64,000 nucleotides of DNA from positions 23,622,001 through 23,686,000 of the forward strand of contig JBHGNT010000004.1 in assembly GCA_043228905.1 (NCBI GenBank), in the 5' to 3' direction. Each line of letters starts with the position of its first letter. The first letter of the stretch is position 1. The stretch comes from Azolla caroliniana. Its lineage: Eukaryota > Plantae > Polypodiophyta. The notes beneath the pieces are model-generated. The model saw nothing but the letters and a program-made list of their open reading frames with translations, searched no databases and had not been told where the DNA came from. Positions 38,780 to 52,100 of this stretch are shown here, one piece after another. Both the position numbers and the translations under genes were made by a program.

Positions 38780-39760
38780 TTTGTTTTTTCAAGAGAACCA
38801 CTTTCCACATTCGTGGTTGTAAAGTCAACAACTATGCTTCCTCTTTCCCCGTCAACCATCTTGCCGGATTACCTACCACCAAATTCCTGTACATACAACA
38901 ACAAATTAAGTTAAGTTTCCTCCTCTCCTCGTGAGCTTATTCTTTGGCACCCACACCATCATCGCTCATCCTTCAAAAAACATAAAAACTGCTTCGTTAA
39001 GTCCTCATCAACCATCTCGCCGAATACCACCAAATTCCTGCACATAAACAATAAATTATGTCTAAATTCCTCATCTCCTCATGAGAATGTCCTTCGACCT
39101 CCATAACATCATCACTCATCCTTATCCAAAACATAAATTCTACATCATTAAGTCCACATCATCCATCTCACCAAATACGACCAAAATCCTGCACATACAA
39201 CAATACATGAGTCTTTTTTCCTCATCCCCTCATGAGAGTATGCTTCGCCCCCCACACCCTCATCACTCATCCTTATTCAAAAACATACATTTTGCTTCAT
39301 CAAGTCCACATTAACTTCTCGCAAATTATTGTCAAAACCTGTACATACAAACAATTAAATGAGTCTAGATTTTTGAATAGATTATGCTTCAACCCCCACA
39401 CCACCAGCACTCATCCTTATCAAAAACATGCATTTTGGTTCCTCAAGTCCACATTAAACTTCGCACCGATTACCGCCACAATCATGTACATACAAACAAC
39501 GTAGTTTTCTGAAGAGACTATGCTTCAGCCCCCACGCCACCATTACTCATCCTTATCAAAAACATGAATTGTGCTTCAATAATCCACATCAACCATCTCA
39601 CTCTTGCTGATTTACCACCAAAATTGTGTACCTAAAAAAACAAAATGACATTACTCTCCTCGTCTCTCATTAAATTATGTTACAACCCTCAACACCATCA
39701 TCTCTCATCCTTATCCAAAATCAGAAAATGCTTCATTTTCCACATCCACCATCTCACCCT
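38780..39760. repeat. ~150-bp tandem repeat array (6-7 diverged units)
   Basis: Anchor aaa(t)tcctg(t/c)acata.aacaa at about 38881, 39032, 39183, 39334, 39478, 39619; shared catcactcatccttatcaaaaacat and aagtccacat. Confidence 0.9.
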
Positions 39761-39767
39761 TGTCAGT

Positions 39768-41000
39768 TCATAGTACCCAGATCCCATTCGCCTTTTTTAT
39801 GTTCTTCCTGTCAACCTGTAAGTTAAAGAGAAAAGAAGAAACTATATACCTCACAATTATGTTTGAAATAAAGAAAGGACTAGGGGACGGGAATAGCCAA
39901 TGTGGTGGAACAGAATTCCAACGATCGTCATGTGACTCATCTAACCAAAGAGGTATTGACCACCATATTTTATGGATTTTTCGCATTTTCTTATGCACCT
40001 TTTCCGGTGTTCCTTTAATATTATCATACTCTCCCTTAACTATGTGCACCAAGTTGCCCCACAACATCTTAATCATATTCACCACATTGTACTCGATGCC
40101 TTCATACTTCTTGCTGCAACGGCACTTCCACCACGCCCATAAAGCATTACCTAAAACAATATTCCAAACAAAAGAATTTCTAAAAAATTTGTCACCAAGA
40201 ATGTTAGGAAGAACTGTTTCAATTGTATTCTCCAACACACATAATGCTTCTATGCATTGCTCCGCCTCGTACAAAGATACTTGCTCATCCAAAGACCCCC
40301 AGAAAACAGCTCCCCATGTAAAAATGGCTCCTTTATATTTACAAGAAAACATCCTCAATATTCTTCCCCAATACTATCGAGCTACACTACAAGTCCAAAA
40401 CAAATGTTTCAAAGTTTCCTCGTCCTTGGCAACACACACAACGACGATCATCGACTTGTCCTTTTAAATGAACACCTATAGGTAAAGCATAATGAAGCAT
40501 TAACCACTTAAAAGAAATTGCTCTCCGCATACATGGTAGAGCCCATAAATGTTTCCAATAAGCCGCCATATATTGATGTGATATAGCACCTAACTCCCAA
40601 TACTTTTGTGCAACAAGATTTATGCAATGATGTTGAATCAAAAAACGTCTCCCATATGCCACGGAATATTGGAAATAGGGGAGAATCCTACTCTCTTGTT
40701 CATTTGTTGAGGAGCGACCAACTCACCACCATGCATAATCAGTTTGGTTCCAATTAAGATGTGTCAATGGCTTACTTTGGAATGCCCATATTTGTATTGC
40801 ATGGTCCGCCAAAAAAAGGCTCAGATCTAAGAAAATCTTCTTGTCCAACCGAGCAATAACCCTAATGGGTTTTTTGGAGGCTAACTGCATAACTTTAGCT
40901 TCTACATCCACTAAATATAAAAGACCATCATCGCCAACGTCATAAAATCTTATTTGACCCTGGTTAGCATATGCCCAAGCACCTATTAAAACACCTAAAG
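39768..41000 (-). mobile_element. Degraded LINE (L1/Tx1-like) ORF2 C-terminus with zf-RVT zinc finger
   Basis: WKHLWALPCMRRAISFKWLMLHYALP...CVCCQGRG(E)ETLKHLFWTC (frameshifted) and LWAWWKCRCSKKYEG. Confidence 0.8.
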
Positions 41001-43063
41001 GAGAGAAAAGACCATACTATGTATAATTATTAGGCAAATTAAGTTGACTTTGACATTTCGGTATAGCCTGCTAAATCTGCTACACTGCTTCAGTATAAGT
41101 ATCTCCTTTTACATAGTTGTAACTTGTAACTAGAACTCTAATTTTTTCAAATGTCAATCTTAATCCTCAATTATCCAGAACCAAACAATGAGAATCATCT
41201 TTCTTCATAACTCCAAATCCTTCGTCCAATCAATGATATCTACAACCTCTTAGTAGTTGTAGGTGCAAGATGGACAAGGGAGTTACAAGCACTATGAATA
41301 CAACATATCATTTTTTCTCCCTTCTTCGCATAACCTATATATAACGAGAGAGTCGAGATCTAATGGAATCCTTAATCTAACTTTGTCATGGTGTGAGACT
41401 CAAGAGTTGCTCGAATTTCTTGGATTCGTTAATATCTCGCATCCTCTAATCGATCTTCAAATTATTCAAAACCAAGCCAAAACAAGAATAATTGGTTGCT
41501 TATGACCGGAACCACACAACTTGGCTCAGATTCCTCTATTATATCTCCTAATGTGATAGGACATCCATCAATGACTCCTACAAACCCCAAGACTTGGAAG
41601 CAAATTCAAAGGAATTTTTTTCAAGGTAAATTATAGTTGGTTGATTATATGTGCTAAGTTTAAGATTTACGGCAAAAACTTTGGTAGCTTGATTCGATGA
41701 AGTTGGAATAAATGTTGGGAACTTGCACATGAAGAGCGACTATATATATTGTGAGTTGTGACGACTGGTTTGTAGGTTGGGAGTGAGTTCTTAATATTTG
41801 GATCGTGGACAAATCTAAAGTTCATCCATCATTAGTCTTAGTGGTCTAGGATCCAATTTTCATCATAAGTTAGTCATGACAGAGTTTATTTCTTTCCTAA
41901 TGAAAGGTATTATTTACACATAGGGGAACAAGACTCACAAGAGTGGGGGAAATTTCATTTTCCTAAGAGTAGAGTTTCATTGAGAAAAGAAAAACCTTTC
42001 CGTGCTAAGGCATATATATTGTCAATGTATCAAACTTAAGTAAAGAAAAACACTTTAACCACTATCGTGTATATATTAAGGACGTGGTAGATAGTTTTTA
42101 AAAGAACCCAAAATGCATCATCTAACTATGCCTACTTCGTGCACATGTTTCTCCTTTTTTCAAAGGACAAGCACATTTAGTCATAAAGAGCACTCTAAAG
42201 TATACCCAAAATACAAGTCGTATTTTGTCTCTATCTTAAAACATCCACATCGTTAAAGATATGACCCAAATCTCTTTTAAACATCCGCATCTCTAAAGCT
42301 AAACTAAAAATCTCTTTTTAGATCTCGTGAGTCACAATACATCTTTAGTCAAAAGTATTTCAAGTAGCAATGAGTTGCTCCGACGATGAAGGATGAAGGG
42401 ATCGAGGAAATCTTACAATGAATGCATTTGATTTGTGATGGGTCAGGTCTAATAAAAGCCATTGTGCACCCATTTCTGTTGTTGGTTTACCAAGTATTAG
42501 ATTCGGTTTTGAAGACCACATACTGAGTACTACGCAAACGAAATTCAACAAACTTTTTCCAAAAGTTCAGAAATTTTAATAACCTTTTGTTATGATGTCT
42601 TCATCTCACATTAACGTGCACATGACATCGTAATTGTGTGCATGAGACATGATAATAAGTCATTCACAAGTAACACGGATTATCCACTCAATGTTCGCAA
42701 GAAAGTAAGCTCCAAAAATCAAAGGGTAGAAGTTTGAACTCTATTCTCACAAATTGCAATCTTCTTCTCAACTTAGAGATTGTACAAGAAAAAATTATGG
42801 CCATGTAAAATATTGAATGAGCTACAATTTGTGTAGAGCAAATGTTTGCCTACGGAGAGGTTGTGACTACATTGTTGGGAGCCCCAAAGGTCCGCAAAAC
42901 AAAATTAATAACCTTTGCAACAAGCTTGGACCCCCATTCACATGAGTATAAGTTGGAAACCTCTTATTACCAGAAGACTTTGTACAAAATGAGTGTATAG
43001 GCAAAATGCTCATGAAACTAACCCTTGGGCATGCACCTAGGGCCAAATTCCTACATTAGGGTT

Positions 43064-44375
43064 TCACGCAACAATCACACCACTTGGTTGCGGTCGTCTT
43101 CGATCGGAACCTTGTGTTTCAAAGCCTTCGGCATCAAACTTCCTCTTGTTGCATGAAACCACACTAGGTTGATCCAGATGACATGACACTGGTGTCACGG
43201 ATCCCAACACCGGGCATATATGAGCTTTGATTCGCTCCACATCAGCCATTTGGACCGGCTTTATTATGAATTCCTTGGCACCTTCCTCCAAACACCTAAG
43301 CATTTCCAAGAGTTCAGTGTGCGTCGGAGGTAAGTCAGTCGAAAGAAATAAGAAAGAATTGTGAAAGAAAGAAAGCAAGTGCGATCCGATCTTTAAAAAA
43401 CTGCAAGCAACCCAGGCAAAAGTTTTACCGTTGGATTCGGGTCGGGATGTTCTCGGAAGACATGACCACCACTGGGATCTCACTCAACGAAGAGGTTTCC
43501 TAGAAGAAGGAAAACAAATGTGGTGCACATATTTTAGTGGGACAAGCTTCGAGACAATCGCGGCATGCGGTTAAGTAATTTGAAGCGAAGGCCCTAATTT
43601 ATAGTGTGAACGCGGCCAAGCGGGCCCGGGGGTTCGGGGTTCCTTCGCTCGCGTGTTCACACTACGATGGGGCCGGCCAATGCAGGGGAGAATTTAGGAA
43701 CTAATGGACCAACTATGGTGGGAAATCACAAACCTTTACTCTCTTCAGGAGCTCATATCCAGTCATTCCTGGCATGCAGTAATCTGTGATGATGAGCCCA
43801 ACCTGATAAGCATTGACAACACACACCACCATACTCAAAATCACTTGATGATCAGACAGATGATATGAAGCAGAGATTGAGAAAAAAAACAAACACAAAT
43901 TTAAAGCAGGAACTATGGTTTTTACATTGATTTGCATGGAGGTTTGGGCGCAGCCTTCAATTCCTAGAAATTCCAAAGCCTTGATTCCACTGTCTACAAC
44001 TGTGACTGAAATTCCACAATAATAATAATTAAAAACCCTCAGAAAGGCTACCATTACATTCCATTCATAACAAAGTTCTGGCTTGCAGTAATTCGGTTCT
44101 TTCTTTCAAACATTCAATGGGGTCATGGTTCGATCCCCGCCATCGCCACATTAGAGATAAAGAAGAAGAAGAAGAATCCATTGAATTGATGAATGAATGA
44201 GGTGAACTGTTTTTATTAAGAGGAGAAACCACATACCTTTGTAAGAGGATGTCTTCAGAAGCCTCTCGATCACTTTCCTGTCGAGAATGCTGTCATCCAC
44301 AGCTAGGACATGGACGTCAGAATTAGGGTTAGGGCTAGGGTTACAAGAATTCGAATTTCTTTCAGATGAGTCCAT
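43064..44375 (-). CDS. Type-A response regulator (cytokinin two-component signalling), 196 aa. Exons 44375-44237, 44005-43926, 43802-43734, 43499-43429, 43295-43064
   Basis: [70 protein letters not shown] (D-D-K intact); GT-AG phases give 591 nt. Confidence 0.95.
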
Positions 44376-45593
44376 GACCAAAGGGGCTAGGGTTAGGGAG
44401 GAAGAAAAATCTGATAATAATGGCAGGACTAGGATTAGGGGCAGGGGCAGGATCAAGGCTGTATTGAAGAAAGAGATCTGTAAGACTGTGTGTAAGACAG
44501 AGAGAAAGAGGCAGATTTGTTAGTTAGGAGAAAGATGGAGTGATTAATTGGGGTAGTTTTGCAGGTAAGAGAGAGAGAGAGAGAGAGATTGATTGATGAG
44601 TGAGGTTTGGCTATGGAAGCTCTGTTCCTTTTTTTCTCTTTTCTGTCTTCTGTGGCCTCCCCCCTGTTTTTATTCCAATGAGAACTGAAATATTATAAAT
44701 AAATCAAATAAAAATTAAAAATTAAAAATTAAAAAATTAAGCTAAATAAATAACAAAATCTTCTTCCTCCCCTCTTTTAGCTGATTTATTTATCTCTTTG
44801 AAAAATAGTTTGGAAAGGATCTTCTTCTGCTTCTTCTCCTCCTCCTCTTTTAGCTCTTTTTCATTAATTTCTTTTTTTTAATTATTTTGAAAAGGATCTT
44901 CTTTCTTCTTTCTTCTTTCTTCTTTCTTCTTTCTTCTTTTCCTTTGTTTGTTTTTTTTTGTTTCAAGTTTGTTTTGTTTTTTTTGGGGTGTTTTTTTGGT
45001 AATTTTGGGGGTTGGGACTGTTTTTGCTTATACCTATAATGATTCTCATGATCTAATAGATGATGGATAATAATATAAGGAGAGAAGATCCAACCAATAC
45101 CAGATATAATCATATATCTCCTCCCTTATTAAGCCAGCCATAGAAGATAGACCCACCCACCACACATCTCTCTTACATGTATCATCATCCCCATGAATCA
45201 CGCGAACTTTCGTCCGATCTCTCGTCTTGTCAGGGGCCAACAACACGACCATTGACCGCAACCACCTCTCCTTTCCTTATCCGCCATCACCCCAATCCGA
45301 GACCTTTGCCCCTGGGGAGGCTCCGACCTTGTCCTCTAAGACTCTTATCTATGACCCCTTGTCTATGACCCATGCCCCCTGGTAAAATCGACTTCATGGC
45401 ATTTCCGGGAATGCAAGGCGAAGCCTCGAATTCAAAATCCGATGGAGATAAATGGGCCCAACTCCCCCCCCCCTAGGCCAATAGCAGCAACTATAGGCTA
45501 AAAACACTGCGATACTGGAACCATTGGTTGGGATGGAAGAATGGGGGGGACTAGATTTGGAATATCAGGGAATGACGGATGGGCAACAAACTG

Positions 45594-45772
45594 CTTCATT
45601 ATGTATGTATTGTTGTTGTGTTGTGTGTGTAGTACATAGTCATTCTAGGTCCTTCATTATGTATGTAGTGTTGTTGTGTTGTGTTGTGTTGTGTAGTACA
45701 TAGTCATTTTAGGTCCTTCATTATGTATGTATTGTTGTTGTGTTGTGTGTGTAGTACATAGTCATTCTAGGC
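45594..45772. repeat. Three-copy ~57-65-bp tandem repeat
   Basis: cttcattatgtatgta.tgttgttgtgttgtg...tagtacatagtcatt.tagg occurs three times. Confidence 0.92.
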
Positions 45773-45927
45773 CCATGAAGGAAGGGACCAAGAACTAAAC
45801 AAACAAACAGAAGGGGTCCACGTCAGATGCCATGTCACAATGGACGGGGGGACAAAAAGGTGGTGGTGGGGGAGGGGGGGACAAAATCTGAGGCCCAAAG
45901 ATCCAGAAATCTGCACGAAAAGGCTTA

Positions 45928-45928
45928 G

Positions 45929-45969
<41 letters not shown>
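45928..45969. repeat. (AT)n microsatellite
   Basis: Seen directly. Confidence 0.9.
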
Positions 45970-45970
<1 letters not shown>

Positions 45971-48619
45971 CTTTATTTATAGATAGAGGAAATTTAAAGA
46001 AGCAGAGGAGGATCTTACTCTTACTATGAGACACAGAGATCTTCTTCCCCTCTTTTTTTTAGTACACATAATATTTTGTCTTTCTTTTGGACCCCACCTT
46101 TTCTTTGCTTTTCTTTTCTTTTCTTTTCGCTTTTTTTTTTTCTATTTATTCATTTACTATCTTCCTTTTTCTCCTTATTCTGCTCTATGTGTATTTTTGT
46201 TTTTTTGTCTTAATTTTGTATGTATTTGTTAGATTTTATATTCTTTCTTTTTATTTCTATTTTCCTTTTCATTCATTTTCCCATTCTTTCTTCCCAATTT
46301 CTTTTTCATTTTTTGTCCTTTTTTTTTTACATATCATTTTTCCTTTTTTATTCTTGTTTATTCTTCATTTTCCTTTATACTCTTAGTTATTTTCATTTTA
46401 TTTTTTTAATCTTTTAATTATAAAGTCTCCTCCCCCCCATCCAAACCCATCTCTGTCTCCTCCTCATTTCCCCAAAACTTTGGATATCATTCCCTTCCAC
46501 AAAATCCATGGATTTTGTTTTGTCATACTTCCTCTTCCCTCTTGTCATTGACACATACACATTTACGCAGTTTCGATGCCATTCTGTGGTAGGAATGATG
46601 AACCATTTACATCACCTTTTTTTCACACATGCACGAGGCAATCACGTTGCACCTTATGTGACCAACCACTATTCAATTCTTCGTACTATTCATGCTTCAT
46701 ACTACCACATGCGTGACCCTAATGATCCATGTTGCCCATTTGCAAACCAAATTGAGCTTAGACTTGAATTTCAGTCAGAAGTTCTCGGTTTTTTAGCTTA
46801 GCATTGTACATTTGTGAAAGGGTGTTCTGCCAAAGTATTTCACTTTGTTGGCGTCATTGGTAATTGTAATATATCGTCATTTCTATTTATGCCTTGGGTT
46901 ATGCCTTGGGAAGTCTAGGCAATCTTTCGCATCACAACTAACACCATTATATTGGTTTCCCCATGCTTTTCGTGGAAGGAAAGCTAGTAAGAGTTTTTGA
47001 GACCCCATTTTGCCATTATGATTAGCATGTATTCTCAATTAAAGAAAAAGTAGTTTTGTAGGATGGAATGCTTTACCCTTATTTTAAAATCAAAGAATGT
47101 GATTGCCTTTCCTACGCACACATTCATCAACCTTTTACTAATTAAAAATATATACTTCTCATAGCTGCATGGAGCAAAACCTTGACACTATATTAAACTC
47201 TCGGGAATAGCTAATTATTTGGGCATCAAACTATTGGGGATGCAAAATGTACTCCCAAATGTTTCAATGCCGACAAATGAAATTTTTAGTGACCCAAAAA
47301 CTTGCAAAATGAGTAACCTTGTTTTGCATGCTAAATGCCAAAGCACATCAACACCACATGTACATTCCAATGCGTGATTGTGGATTGTTCATAATTTTGG
47401 GGAGTTTATGGTGTATCAGCTAGGTAGGTGGTTTCCTCAAGTCTTGACTTCAAATCACCCTCATCCCCTAAGCTTTCCTTTATCGACATTTACAACAAAT
47501 TACATATTTGTTAGATTTCTTTCCTTGCCAGTATTCTAGAACAAACCTTTGGCATGTCACTTTCTTGCATATAAACAGGTTACATGTCCATAAGCTCCTT
47601 TTTTATTGCTAGTATTCAGTTCATCAAAGTTATAAGTTTTTCGTGTCACAAAACAATAGCTAGTTTTGGGTTGACAAAATCGTAGGCCACAAAAAATGAT
47701 CGATCATGAAATATTTGAAAGATTGGAAGCACCTAGGAAAGAGTAATGTGCTCCAATTTTTCTTGAGGCTCTAAGATATGTAGTTTCAATGGAAGCAGAA
47801 CTGATGGATCCTCCAAGTAGTAATTGGCCATAGTTCAGTTTCTATCAGTTTTGCAACTTAATGACATAAAGGATTCTATTCAATTTAAGTTTGAAAATAA
47901 AAGTAAATTGTAGCGCCTTTATAGTTTAACAATCTTCAAGTCATAACTTCAATGACTCCAAATGTAGGCATAATTTGGTTTAATGATTTATTGGTCATTT
48001 TTAGCATACTGATTAAAACTCCCAACATCTTTTTAAGTCGATATTTTCAAATTTGGTTTAAACCATTATATTGCAATGTGGTGTGGTTTGAATTTTGATA
48101 TTTTTTAATGTTTGAGTTTGAGACTCCCAAACTAAAGTATTGTTAATTGCTACTTCAAGCTTAGTGTGTGTGTTCCTTTGGCAAGCAAGTGGTAGGCTAG
48201 GATTTTCCATGAAAACAAGATCTCAAAATATTTACATTTGGGGACAATGGCGAAAACTTAAGAGCATTTGGGATATCTCATAGCCTTTCCCAAATATTAG
48301 TATATATTTATTACCATTTTTTATGTTTAAAAGCTACTTTGCTCAATTAATTAATCATTCAAAGAAGGGCAATTCACAATCTAAAGTAAATTTTAATTAT
48401 AGCTTAATTAATTGCACAAACGCCAACCATAATAACATAGTTACATAAGAGAAAATATATCATGATAATGCGATATGAGTTGTACTTGTAATTATTAGTG
48501 TCATAATTGCAATAGTATGCGACCTATTTACAACAATTTGGATAGTTGTCAGTGCTAATGTGGTAAGTTTATTACTACAATCTATAATATGGATGAGTTA
48601 GAATGATTTGATGATTGAC

Positions 48620-49100
48620 TTTGAAGCGAGAATCATGGTTTACCCAATTCAACAAATCGGGCCCCTTTGTGCAATTGGAGCGAGGAACTATTAGGATGAC
48701 TGATTCTCCATCCTAGTCACAAACAAAGTCACTAGAGTTGAAGTCATTGTGGACCATACTTGTAGGTCTAACAACATGGCAAATATGGAACCAGTGTTGC
48801 CACAAGATCTTCTAAGTGAAGCCCATCCCACCAACCGATGTAATCATGGAACTTTGGGTTCACCTCATCGCCTTCCTTTGTGGGTCATATGAAGATATTC
48901 AAGGCGAAACAGACTCAACATCCAAGGCACAAACAACCTTCATTTTGAAATGGAGTGGAACAACGATGTTGCAATTGCAAGGCGACAATATACAACGGTG
49001 CTATCTCCCGCCGAAATGGCTCTTCCCACAGAGGACTCCCCACATGCTACATCCCCCATCATCCCTGGATTGTAAAAGAATCCCTCTCGGCTTCACATTT
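48620..49100 (+). mobile_element. Degraded LINE ORF2 3' fragment
   Basis: GSYEDIQG...YLPPKWLFP parallels GEYDNIKG...SVPPHWLFP at the end of the LINE at 39768-40358; upstream IWNQCCHKIF resembles the W..R...F motif. Confidence 0.55.
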
Positions 49101-52100
49101 TTAGAGTTATTCGAATCCACGGAGCTCTATATGAGTGTGGACCTTGTACCTATGCTACTCCCTATATTTCTTCCTAACTAATGGGTTGCATATTATTTTG
49201 GAAGAAAAAAATGTTTCACTATTAAATTTCATATATTAATTGTTCAATATGAAGAGTATGATTATGTCATTTAGATTTCTTCAAAATGAATATCGACTCA
49301 CGAACATTGGTAAGTTTGGTATCATATTTCAAATATTGAGTTACAAAGTATTTAATTTGGATAATTGTGAAGATTGACTTTCAATCTCTAGATGTGCCAT
49401 CTAATACATGGATGGTCAAGGATGCATCCTAGATGGGTCATGACTCATGATGACTCACAATTAGCCATGGGGAGCAAAAGCACACTTCTAAAGCTCCTTC
49501 ATACTAGTCAAAAAGCTCGTCTTTCTAAAGAAACTATGCTTACCACTGGCTTGTCAAAAGAAAGCACCCGTCCATGATATTGTAAAATCTTTAAGATTTC
49601 TCAATATGGTCCTTTTCAACTACTACTGCTACAGAGCAAAGTTATAACAAACAAATGCTCTGAGGTATACAACAAGTGAGCATTTTAAAGTTATATTTAG
49701 TTCCATCAAAGAGGGACACATTTCTAAGTGGAAATATTGATGTGTTGTCACGCAATCGCAACAGTTTGATACTCTATATGAAATGGATAAATGATAACAC
49801 ATTTTAATTTGTGCCCACAATTCCACTTAAGAGACAACATTTATTTTCATGTTTGTACATCGTTCCATCATGTGAATTTTGATACTTTATCATGTTTGCT
49901 TCGTGTCGTTTTTATAAATGTCTATTTTACTATTGTCACTTTGTAATGGAACTAAATTTGAACAATGAGAAAGCCTTGAGCTTAGTTGCATAAAAACATA
50001 TCAATATAATCCAAAATCCGTAGTATGGGGTGACTCCTCCATCAAATTGTTGAGTAATGAAATTTAAGACAAGTTCAAATTTGAGTTGGCTATATTTTTC
50101 TTTTGACCATCTCACCTTTAACAAAAGCATTGTGAAATCCTAAAAACATATGAATTTATGGTTTGATCAACATTGATAAAGGATTTTTTTCCAATGTGAT
50201 ATACTATTTTGCTCTATGGATTTTAATTCGTACTTGCCTAATAATCAACACTAATGTAGTAACTATTGCTTTTATTGTCCGAGGATGATTTGTATAATTT
50301 CCATTATCCTTAAGATTCAGTCACTTATCTTCATCACGAAAGCGATAGCATGCCTTTGGGTATGAAAATCAAAGGTTCGTTTAAGAAGACCGTAGAGTCG
50401 AACGGCCACATTTTACTGGTTTATCCATACATGATGTATAGTAAGCTTTAAAAAAGGTACAAAAATATAGTTAAGATAATTTGCATTTCAAGGTAATATA
50501 TTTGTCTCTATCCCGTAAACTCAACATTTCTATCTACAAATCTTGCCTAAGAATATTCCAAGTAAGATCTCCTTTGTTATTATATAATGTGAAATTAGTT
50601 ACTTCACATATTCCCAAAGCGTGTTAATATACAACATTTTATCTTTCTAGTGGAAACATCAATGACATAAAGCATTTTGCCTCATCATCTTGCCTTAGTC
50701 TATCATGAAAATAAAAACAAATTTTTAACACGGCCACCTAGGAGGACCTTTTTGTCATTATTGTTGTAAAGAGTAAAATCGCAACTCGAGATCTCTATAA
50801 TGATTGTCTTTTACTTGGCAAATGATTGACCAAACATAATGCATGAGACTCATAGTTGAAATCCAAAAGTTTTGCTAAATTCTAGCAACACATCCTTTGA
50901 TGACGTTAATTAGAGGGACCTTCCAATTCATGGTCTCTATTGAACACTAACCTATTTTATTTATTGGAAATCTTCAACATCAGATCTTCAAATAACGTTT
51001 AATATATGCATAAAGGCAACATATTGCAATTAGCCATATTTTACTTTACAAACCATGTACCACTTACTAACAACTTGGGTTAAAGGTGCTTCTCTTTTTG
51101 AATCGTGCCAAAAATTACATGGAACAATAATTGATTGAACAAGAAGAACTACGAAAAATATATTTTTCCCCCCAAAGTTGTGAAGCTTCTGAAAAGCATG
51201 GGGATTTTTTACATTTCCTAAATTGGAGTCAGAGCTAGAACTGAGTACAAGTGACAAAGAGCGAACGACATCAATAAAAAATGTAGTATGCCATTTTATT
51301 ATATTTGTAAGTAATGAAAGTTTTGAAACAAAAATGTAAAAAATACATGTAATGATAAGATACTACCAAGTTGTAAAGAAGTGGTCCCAACCAACAATGA
51401 CATGAGTTTGAATATCGCAATCATAATGCAATGCTATCAACATTCCATTACATTCAAACTTGTTTTCCCCACATTTTCAACACCACCATACTACGATGTA
51501 CATTCTTAATTGTGATGTTCATTAGTAAAAATCTTAAGTCATTAATCTACTCCACACACCATGAGAATGTTCCACTCTTATCCCATAGGCCATATTTGAC
51601 TACCATGGATGCACTCACTCTTTTTGCTCTGTAAAATACCATTGTTAATACATATTGTTTCTGCCCTTCCACTTTGGTAAGTCGACTATCATCCTCGGTG
51701 TTGACTTCAAGTTACCTCAATAGGAATGGTTTTGTTAAGAGACAACTATCATCCCATAGTTTTGTTACATATCTAGGCTACATAATCGTGCAATTCACAG
51801 AGGGCAACCACATGTCCATTGCTACTTGTCATGATAAGTTAATCCACATAAAGGATGATAAAAATGTATTGGCAACCTTGCTCTTTGACAGAATTCACTT
51901 CATTACATATATATTCACCAACTCCAACTCCACCGACACTAAACACAATAAATCCTAATCCTAAACTTCAATGACTTAAGTATAGAGACACCAAACTTTT
52001 TGTAAGATCCACTAGTTTTGTGCCCACAAATAGAAATTCTATGTATTATGCTATTTTGTTAGGGTTTCAAATAAGTTTCTTTTGAGTTTTTATGTTGGTT

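Noticed and set aside
38780-39760. CRISPR-like repeat-spacer array beside a prokaryote-like gene
   Set aside because: Whole ~150-bp units are homologous, with no unique spacers and no cas genes; eukaryotic context.
44119-44148. tRNA-like GGTTCGATCCCCGCCATCGCCA in RR intron 1 (similar B-box on minus near 58535-58550)
   Set aside because: No convincing A-box or cloverleaf; not callable as a tRNA or SINE.
44850-46417. Lys-rich and Phe-rich ORFs upstream of the response regulator
   Set aside because: T-rich low-complexity promoter and intergenic sequence.
50100-52000. Possible Mutator-like transposase remnant on minus
   Set aside because: Only a weak GRVKNLF-like trace; no catalytic motifs or TIRs could be verified.
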